Source of the DNA: a virus
Lineage: Duplodnaviria > Caudoviricetes
DNA: 27,194 bases
Strand: one strand, 5' to 3'
IMG/VR virus record: IMGVR_UViG_3300014656_002088
Coordinates: 1 to 27,194 of that record
Under the pieces are notes generated by a model, which saw nothing but the letters and a program-made list of their open reading frames with translations, was not told the DNA's origin and ran no database searches. This document shows, piece after piece, positions 7,529-14,721 of the stretch; position 1 is the first letter of the stretch; the number at the start of each line of letters is the position of its first letter. The translations under genes were made by a program, and so were the position numbers.

Positions 7529-8404
7529 CTACTTATCCTTTTTGGACCTTTTTTTTCTATTAGATTTTTTCGTTATTTTAGAAGAAGGGCTTTCTTCATT
7601 GGGAATAACAAGCTTTTCTAATGGTTCAATTGACGCTGATTCGATTGGATTGTTTTTACTTAAAAATGATCCTGGATGTTGCATCCAAGTTTCATCTTTT
7701 TCATAACCTAGCGAAACTAAACTTTCTCCACAAGAACAGAAAAACTTTTCTCGTTCTTCTTTACTCCAAACTTTCCATCTAAAAGAAGAATTCTCTCCAT
7801 TATCTTTAAAGGGAGATTCGTGAGAACTAGAAGAATATAAAATTGAAATATCTTGGAGTTTCTGATAATCAGGACTTAAGTCCAGAAACGACAAAACCTG
7901 ACCTATAGTCTCAACCGGATTTTTAATTAAATCTTCAACCTTAACTAATTTAAATTGCGGATGATTTAACATCTGAAGAACAGAAGTCATATATCTCTTT
8001 TCAATTTCCAGATACATTTCGAAAACAGACTCTCTTTGATTTAAATCAGGAAAAGAAATATTTACCCTTTCTAAAATTGATTCAATTCTATTCCGAGGAT
8101 CTCTTATCAAATAAACAAATTTCCAATCCTCTGAGAAAGACTGATAAAAAGATTTATCCAAATCCGCAGGAGGTTCCCAGAAATAACCCTCGTTAGATTT
8201 AATTTTCGCACGAGAGATAATTAAATCTTCTAGAACTCGATACTTAGAGTCTCCTCTAAATAAAGAACAAGACTCCCCAATATTAACTCCAAGAAAAAAA
8301 GGATTTGCTAATTGAGTCTCTAAATTTAATATCTTGCCAGATAAAAGAGACCCTAAAAATTTTATCCCAGAATAGGGACTTGACATAATCATAAATCTTT
8401 TCAT
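7529..8404 (-). CDS. PAPS-dependent sulfotransferase-like protein
   Basis: N-terminal SSPYSGIKFLGSLL (degenerate 5'-PSB loop), KFVYLIRDPRNRIES (3'-PB motif), VKVEDLIKNPVETIGQVLSFL, RWK...F...CGE.L..LGYE. Confidence 0.75.
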   Translation of the reverse strand: MKRFMIMSSPYSGIKFLGSLLSGKILNLETQLANPFFLGVNIGESCSLFRGDSKYRVLEDLIISRAKIKSNEGYFWEPPADLDKSFYQSFSEDWKFVYLIRDPRNRIESILERVNISFPDLNQRESVFEMYLEIEKRYMTSVLQMLNHPQFKLVKVEDLIKNPVETIGQVLSFLDLSPDYQKLQDISILYSSSSHESPFKDNGENSSFRWKVWSKEEREKFFCSCGESLVSLGYEKDETWMQHPGSFLSKNNPIESASIEPLEKLVIPNEESPSSKITKKSNRKKRSKKDK

Positions 8405-8416
8405 AAAAATAGTTTA

Positions 8417-8869
8417 TCATCTAGCGGGATTACCGTAAAGCAATGTTCTTTCTGGAACATCTTTAGTAACTACTGATCCGGCTCCGATTTTAGAATACTT
8501 TCCTATTTTTATCCCGCAAACAATCGTACTGTTCGCTCCAATAGAAACACCTTCTTCAATAATGGTTGGATAGATTGTCCACTGATCAGAGTTCAATAAT
8601 TCGCCATTATCATTAATTGCACGCGGATATTTATCGTTTGTAAAACAAACATGGGGTCCAATAAAAACTCCGTCCCCAATAGTTACTCCAGTGCAAATAA
8701 AAGCGAATGCTTCTATCTTACAATTCTTACCAATCTCGACTCCCGTTTGAATCTCGACGAAAGTTGCAATCTTACAATTATCTCCAATTTTACAGCCATA
8801 TAGATTAACTAGTTCAGGATGATAAATAATTACATTGTTTCCAATACAAACATCAGATTTAACTGACAT
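8417..8869 (-). CDS. Hexapeptide-repeat sugar N-acetyltransferase (WbpD/QdtC/FdtC-like)
   Basis: NLYGCKIGDNCKI..FVEIQ, GVTIGDGVFIGPHVCFTNDKYPRA, SIGANSTIVCG, GAGSVVTKDVP...GNPAR. TAATG-coupled to the upstream dehydrogenase. Confidence 0.9.
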   Translation of the reverse strand: MSVKSDVCIGNNVIIYHPELVNLYGCKIGDNCKIATFVEIQTGVEIGKNCKIEAFAFICTGVTIGDGVFIGPHVCFTNDKYPRAINDNGELLNSDQWTIYPTIIEEGVSIGANSTIVCGIKIGKYSKIGAGSVVTKDVPERTLLYGNPAR

Positions 8870-9822
8870 TATTGTCCTCCTAATTGAATCGCTCTTAAAG
8901 TTGTTTCTAAGACTTGACTTGCTTCAAAAGCAGATACGATAATTCCAGATTTATCTTTTATAAAGTTCACAAAATTAAGAATTTCTTCTCTTAAAGGTTC
9001 TTTCTTAAAAGAAAGATACATTGATAAAGAGTCCACTTCATTCGAAAAAGGCTGAAGCGAATTTAGTTTCTTTCCGAAACACTGGATACTTTGTTGAATC
9101 AAATCAGATTTACAATAGCCGCTAGTTCCAGTAATAATTAAATTACGGATCTTAATAGGAGAGATCCAGTTCGCTTCACAAAAAACCGATATAGGTCCAA
9201 ATCCTAAGAGTGCTTGTGCTGAATCAACGAGAATCTCAGATTTTCTCCTTTGATAAACAGTTAATCTATCTGGAATCTTTTTTAAAAGTCTTTGAACTAG
9301 ACTAAAATCATGCGTCATTAAATCAAAAATAACATTATCGGCTGATCGTGGAATACCTCCAACTCGACGAATAGTAATTGAAGTAATTTCTCCGAAAAAT
9401 CCATCATTGAATAACTCTTCGACTTTCTGAAAAGCCGGATTAAAAAGTTCGATATATCCAATCGAAAGAACTAAACCCAAGGCGTTTGCCTTTTCTCCTA
9501 AAGAATTAATCTCTTGAATAGATTCTGCTGCTGGTTTTTCTAGCAAAACATGATACCCAGCAGATAGACATTTATTAGTTACATTGAAGTGAAATGGAGT
9601 TGGTACTGCAATCGAGGCAACTCTAAATGAATCGTTTTTTAAAGACGATAATGCTAAATCTAAATCAACAAAATAAGGAACTTTATATTTCTCTCCAATA
9701 AAACTGGCCCGATTAACATCTGAATCACAAACTCCGGCAAGCATTTGAAGATCACTATAAATTCGAGCATGATGACTTCCCATTACACCACATCCGACTA
9801 CTAACGCTTTCGGATTAGTCAC
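8869..9822 (-). CDS. Gfo/Idh/MocA NAD-dependent oxidoreductase (WbpB/GnnA-like sugar 3-dehydrogenase)
   Basis: VVGCGVMGSHH Rossmann motif, IAVPTPFH, HVLLEKP, GYIELFNPA, DLMTHD, EANWISPIKIR. Confidence 0.9.
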   Translation of the reverse strand: MTNPKALVVGCGVMGSHHARIYSDLQMLAGVCDSDVNRASFIGEKYKVPYFVDLDLALSSLKNDSFRVASIAVPTPFHFNVTNKCLSAGYHVLLEKPAAESIQEINSLGEKANALGLVLSIGYIELFNPAFQKVEELFNDGFFGEITSITIRRVGGIPRSADNVIFDLMTHDFSLVQRLLKKIPDRLTVYQRRKSEILVDSAQALLGFGPISVFCEANWISPIKIRNLIITGTSGYCKSDLIQQSIQCFGKKLNSLQPFSNEVDSLSMYLSFKKEPLREEILNFVNFIKDKSGIIVSAFEASQVLETTLRAIQLGGQ

Positions 9823-10858
9823 TTAAAACCTCCATGAAGAATTTTCCCAAAAGTTCTTTCTCGAAATCATAATTGATTAAATCATTAAAACGTCGATAAA
9901 CTCTCTCTGACCATTTTAAAAGTTCTTCTGGTTTTAAAAGGGCTCTGATAACAGAAGCTCCTTGAGCTTTAGTATAAGATTCGATATCAATACAAGTAAC
10001 TCCAGGCTCAAATAAAGATAAACAATCCCCGCCCCAAGACCTCATCTGACTCATATTTGTAATAACTGGTCGACCTGAAGCTAACCAACCCAAACTAGAA
10101 TGACCTAAACCACCTTGAGGTTTTAAATGCCAACCACAAGAGGCTTCTCTCATTTTTTGAGAAACACTTTCTGGTCCAGATAAAACGCCATCAGGACAAC
10201 CACTTCCATAATTTTTCATTTCTACTTCAGGAAGTATCTCTTTGTAAGCTTTCCAAATTTGAGGATAAGGATATAAATGGACGACACTATAAATCTTTTT
10301 ATGATTAGGATCAGGAGCCTGATAAGTATATAAAGAAAGATCAATTTCCTGATGATAATAAAAAGCCTTTTGGTTGATTTTAGACACATATGGAACCGAA
10401 TGAATTACATTTGGCAAGATTGAATCTTGTCCATTGTTTCCCATCTGTGCAACTAACTTAGCTTTTGGATGAAATAAATCTCGTAATTTTAAAAACAGTC
10501 TTTCGTGAGGTTCGTAAGTTGGAAGAATTATATCAAATTGCATTTCCTTGAAACTATCAAAAGTTATCGCCCGATGATAATAATTATGACTAGGATCGAA
10601 GGAGAAATAAGTATTGTTCTCTAAATAATTTTGACCATTAAGATTTTTGAATGGGATCCAACCATCATTATTAATATCTAAATACTGCCGAACAGTATCA
10701 ATTGCATTATTATAAGGTTCGGCAATTTTCCAGTAACCGTTGTGAAACCAATCTAATCCAATTGGTCGATATAATTCCCACCCTAACTGCTCTTCAAATA
10801 AACGATGAAGCGAATAATAAAGATCTCCATGATGATAATCGGTAAATACTCGAATCAT
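9815..10858 (-). CDS. Putative GT-B fold glycosyltransferase (paralog of 10871..11857)
   Basis: C-terminal GWHLKPQGGLGHSSLGWLASGRPVI...LFEPGVTCI resembles the GT4 nucleotide-binding region. The N-terminus is shared with the neighbouring gene. Confidence 0.6.
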   Translation of the reverse strand: MIRVFTDYHHGDLYYSLHRLFEEQLGWELYRPIGLDWFHNGYWKIAEPYNNAIDTVRQYLDINNDGWIPFKNLNGQNYLENNTYFSFDPSHNYYHRAITFDSFKEMQFDIILPTYEPHERLFLKLRDLFHPKAKLVAQMGNNGQDSILPNVIHSVPYVSKINQKAFYYHQEIDLSLYTYQAPDPNHKKIYSVVHLYPYPQIWKAYKEILPEVEMKNYGSGCPDGVLSGPESVSQKMREASCGWHLKPQGGLGHSSLGWLASGRPVITNMSQMRSWGGDCLSLFEPGVTCIDIESYTKAQGASVIRALLKPEELLKWSERVYRRFNDLINYDFEKELLGKFFMEVLSD

Positions 10859-10870
10859 TTTTAATTTTCC

Positions 10871-11857
10871 TTAAGAGGTCTTACCTAAAATCCAAGTTTT
10901 AATATTTGCTGCTTCTTCCTCGAAATTAATATCATTCTTAAATTTCTTAATAGTAGCTTCACATTTTTCAGGATAAACATCTGGTCTAGACCATTCCCTA
11001 ATTAAGTTCAAAGATTCATTAAAAGATCTGACTTTCGGATCAATGTCGATGCAATTAACTCCATCCTGGAGTAAGTTTTGAGCTAATGTGTTATGAATTC
11101 GAGCATAATCTTTTCTTACAATGCAAGGTTTTCCAGAAGCTAATGCTTGCCTTAAAACATACCCACAAGAACCAACGGCTTTTGTATGCCAAATAAACAT
11201 CGCTTCTCTCATTGAAGCTGGCATTAATTTGGACGGAACAGTATGCAGTTCACTTCCTGCACCATGCATTCTAAATTCAAAATCAATAAGACTCGTTCGA
11301 TATTGATTCCAAGCTTGAAGATCTTCTGGATAAGAAGTTAAGTAATTAGAAAAACTCTTTATAATAAAAGAAAAAGTGGGATCTTCTGAAAAGAAAAGAT
11401 CAACCTGTTCAGGATGATAAATTAAATAATCTACATCACTAGGCATTGGCTCTAAAGTTGACATTAGAAGATTTTTAATCTGAACAGGTTTTTCGTGGAT
11501 ATTCGCAATCTGCCTAATTAGAAGACTTTTTGGATGATATTTTTTTTGTAGCATACAAAATGGGGTTTCGTTTGCCCACGTTGTCGTAATCATTATATCA
11601 ATCTTCATCTCTCTAAATTGATCGAACGTTAAGATCTTTTGAGTATATGGATAGATTAAAATATCAACATGCTGAATCTCATTCTTAAAATAAAAAGGAG
11701 AGATTTCGTTAGTTAAAGTTCCAGTCTGAATTTTATAATCATTCCATTCTGGACCTAGATCTGGTCGATATAAATTCCATCCTAATCTCTTCTCGAAAAG
11801 AGCAAACATAGAGTAGGAAAGATCTCCATGACCAATATAATCAACAAAAACATTCAT
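10871..11857 (-). CDS. Putative GT-B fold glycosyltransferase (paralog of 9815..10858)
   Basis: IWHTKAVGSCGYVLRQALASGKPCI...LLQDGVNCI. N-terminal VFVDYIGHGDLSYSMFALFEKRLGWNLYRP. Confidence 0.6.
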   Translation of the reverse strand: MNVFVDYIGHGDLSYSMFALFEKRLGWNLYRPDLGPEWNDYKIQTGTLTNEISPFYFKNEIQHVDILIYPYTQKILTFDQFREMKIDIMITTTWANETPFCMLQKKYHPKSLLIRQIANIHEKPVQIKNLLMSTLEPMPSDVDYLIYHPEQVDLFFSEDPTFSFIIKSFSNYLTSYPEDLQAWNQYRTSLIDFEFRMHGAGSELHTVPSKLMPASMREAMFIWHTKAVGSCGYVLRQALASGKPCIVRKDYARIHNTLAQNLLQDGVNCIDIDPKVRSFNESLNLIREWSRPDVYPEKCEATIKKFKNDINFEEEAANIKTWILGKTS

Positions 11858-11858
11858 T

Positions 11859-12890
11859 TTATAAACTTCCGAGATAAACTTCCCAGGAAGCTTTAATCAT
11901 ATCTCTTCCAAAATGTCTTATAGCTTCTTTTCTTCCAGCATCCGAAATCTGTTGAGCTAGCCTTTTATCGTTTAGTAGAGATCTAATATGAGACTGTAAT
12001 TGAGAGATACTATCAGAAATAAATCCATCGACTCCATTATGAATTAAGTTATGAATTTCATATAAATTATGATTTCTCCAAACGTCAGCATTCCCAAATT
12101 TGGGACCAATAGCAACTATCGGAATACCACTTATCCAACTTTCGATAAAGTTTAAAGTATAACTAGCCGGATGAGTTCCAGTATAGAAGTAAACTCGGTT
12201 ATTTCGAAATTCTTGTTTTATCTGCTCAAAGGGAATCTTACCATAACCTAAACCAGATTGTTCGTTTCCCGGTCCAAAAAGTTTTCTCGGAAAAGGTCGG
12301 GTCGCTTCTTCGAAGGTATGATAATTACAAAAGCTTCCACGCTGTTGCATACTTTGAGCTAATGATATTACGAAATTTTGATCTCCATTCCAAGGACCGT
12401 ATTCATCTGGATCTTTATAAAATCTAATTAATGCGTCACATCCTAAGTAGTGAGGAATAAAATTTTCTTGCGGCGAATATCTAACAATCTTTAATCCAGC
12501 AGCACGATAAGGAGCTAACCCTTGCTCAGTAGAAGCGACTGATTGACCAATCGTTCTCCAGATAACAGGCTTATGTTTAATTGCTTCCCAGTTGACTTTA
12601 ATCCAATCAGGAATATGCATTACAATTACTACATCAAAATTATCTACAAATGCTTTCGTTAAATGGATCTTCCCGTCTTCTCCCGGAAACCTCGCTCCAA
12701 TTTGATGATACTGTTCCACGATTGCTGGATCATAATTTAACTGGGGTAGATCAGGTCTAAGACAAGAATCACCTCTATTATCAGGATTAACATAACTTCC
12801 CGGAGAGAAGACTTGATGTCCCATCTCATGGAATAATTTAATCTCATCATGCTCAAGCGATTCATGGCAGCTTAAGTATAGAATTTTCAT
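11859..12890 (-). CDS. Glycosyltransferase, GT4-like (GT-B)
   Basis: MKILYLS...HEMGHQV start, then YTLNFIESWISGIPIV...IHNGVDGFISD...LLNDKRLAQQISDAGRKEAIRHF. Confidence 0.8.
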   Translation of the reverse strand: MKILYLSCHESLEHDEIKLFHEMGHQVFSPGSYVNPDNRGDSCLRPDLPQLNYDPAIVEQYHQIGARFPGEDGKIHLTKAFVDNFDVVIVMHIPDWIKVNWEAIKHKPVIWRTIGQSVASTEQGLAPYRAAGLKIVRYSPQENFIPHYLGCDALIRFYKDPDEYGPWNGDQNFVISLAQSMQQRGSFCNYHTFEEATRPFPRKLFGPGNEQSGLGYGKIPFEQIKQEFRNNRVYFYTGTHPASYTLNFIESWISGIPIVAIGPKFGNADVWRNHNLYEIHNLIHNGVDGFISDSISQLQSHIRSLLNDKRLAQQISDAGRKEAIRHFGRDMIKASWEVYLGSL

Positions 12891-12903
12891 AGCTTTTTAA
12901 CCC

Positions 12904-13554
12904 TTATAGTTCCTTTACCCAAAGGCTTTGTTGTAAATCTAAAAGACAAATCCAACCACTCTGTAATAGATATTCTTTAAGTAATCTAGGCTTACCTCCA
13001 CCAGGAAGTTGATTATCATCAATTAGAACGATCGTCTTAGAATTAATTTTTCCAGAAGATTCAGCCGCTAGAAATTCATTCAAACAATGTTCTTGAGCCT
13101 CTTGTTCCTTTATAGGATTAACCGAACTTCGACCATCAGGAGAAATCGGATAATCTAAACTATCAAGATAAAGTAAATCAGCTTTTATATCTTTTACCTC
13201 TCTAAGCCAAGAAATAGAATCAGACAAGACGTATTCAATCGTATCGCTAAATGGAAGAGTACATTGCTTACAAATTTCTAAATGTTGAGGGAATAAGTCT
13301 ACTGTATAAAGGCGACCATTATATTTACTACAATATTCTCCAAAAATAGAACTACTCATACCTGCCCCAAGATCATCAGCTTGACGCTGGCAACCAGTTT
13401 CTACAATTGTCGGATGTTCTACTCTTTGATTTAACAAATTAAGAGCAACTTGAAATGTCCAATATCTCGAATTGCTTCCAGCATAATAATATTTTTTAAA
13501 TAACCAATTATCGGAAGAATCGTCACAAAATACTAATTCTTTTATATTATTCAT
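12904..13554 (-). CDS. Class I SAM-dependent methyltransferase (Methyltransf_24-like)
   Basis: IVETGC (motif I), LYTVD, SDSISWL, DLLYLDS, IVLIDD. Confidence 0.8.
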   Translation of the reverse strand: MNNIKELVFCDDSSDNWLFKKYYYAGSNSRYWTFQVALNLLNQRVEHPTIVETGCQRQADDLGAGMSSSIFGEYCSKYNGRLYTVDLFPQHLEICKQCTLPFSDTIEYVLSDSISWLREVKDIKADLLYLDSLDYPISPDGRSSVNPIKEQEAQEHCLNEFLAAESSGKINSKTIVLIDDNQLPGGGKPRLLKEYLLQSGWICLLDLQQSLWVKEL

Positions 13555-14711
13555 TAAACAATCTCCTTCTGAATTAGCTCCAATCGATCTCTCATTAGTC
13601 TACCAATTGTTTGATAAGAAAGTTGATCTTCGACCATTTTTCTTGCGCGGAGACCTTTCTCTTTCGCTTGATCTTGATTATTAAATGCTTCTCTCATTCT
13701 TTTCCTACAAGAATCAATAGAAGGATCTCCCCATAACATATTACCAGTATAAAGGATTGAGATATGTTTCATATCTCTAATTGGAACTTCATTCGGAACG
13801 TCAACTAAATAACTATTCTCTTCATTAAAGAATTCCGGGAAAGCTGAATAGTTAGGCACTATAACTGGATTCGCCATAGCCGCAGCTTCGAAGATCGGGA
13901 GCCCGAAACCTTCAGATCGAGCCATAGATACATAACAATCTCCGAAGTAGTGAATATTTTTTATTTTCGCCACGCTTAAATAATCTTCTATTAAAAGAAT
14001 GGGAGGACAATTAACTCCTTTTGTAATCTTCTTTAATTTCGATATTTCTCTTCTAATGAAATCTCTTTCTGAAGTACCAGTACCAACTCTATACGTTTTT
14101 ATAATATAAATGACAGGATCATCTTTAGAAAATTCTTGATAGTAAGCTTGTAATAAAGCTAAAGGATTCTTTCTTTCGCTCCATTGAAAGATTGAATAAA
14201 ATTTATATTTATCTTCTGGTAAACCAGCAAGAGCACAAGAAGGCTGAAAAGAACTTGTAGTCGGGATAGCATGAGGAATTACCTGGACCGGGATTGTAAC
14301 GCCAGAGTTTCTCGAAACATCGGCTAGATACTTACAAGGTACCCAGACTTCTCGACAAATACTATTTATAGGTTCGATCCATGATGCTGGAAGAGATGAA
14401 GTCTCCCAAGCAAAGTAACTAATTTTAATTTTAGAATTATTTCTATACTGATTATAGTTATCTGGAGTTAAGTGAATAATCTGCATCTTAGGAGTAAGAG
14501 GCTTTCCCATCATTGTCCATAATCTTCTCTCTAAAATTTCTTCTACAAATCTTCTTGGCTGATTTTCGAAAGACAGTGCATCTAAAGTGACATCAACACC
14601 AGCCGCATCTAGAGATCTCACATAATCTCTAGCGGCGGAACCATATCCACTTAAGTCTTTCACTGCTCCGCTATAAATAACTTTTAGAGAATAATCAATT
14701 TGACTAGTCAT
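13554..14711 (-). CDS. Glycosyltransferase family 4
   Basis: SGYGSAAR, YFAWET, EVWVPC, VIPHAI, ERKNP, DCYVSMARSEGFGLPIFEAAAMANPVI (EX7E motif). Confidence 0.92.
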   Translation of the reverse strand: MTSQIDYSLKVIYSGAVKDLSGYGSAARDYVRSLDAAGVDVTLDALSFENQPRRFVEEILERRLWTMMGKPLTPKMQIIHLTPDNYNQYRNNSKIKISYFAWETSSLPASWIEPINSICREVWVPCKYLADVSRNSGVTIPVQVIPHAIPTTSSFQPSCALAGLPEDKYKFYSIFQWSERKNPLALLQAYYQEFSKDDPVIYIIKTYRVGTGTSERDFIRREISKLKKITKGVNCPPILLIEDYLSVAKIKNIHYFGDCYVSMARSEGFGLPIFEAAAMANPVIVPNYSAFPEFFNEENSYLVDVPNEVPIRDMKHISILYTGNMLWGDPSIDSCRKRMREAFNNQDQAKEKGLRARKMVEDQLSYQTIGRLMRDRLELIQKEIV

Positions 14712-14721
14712 TTCGCCCCCA

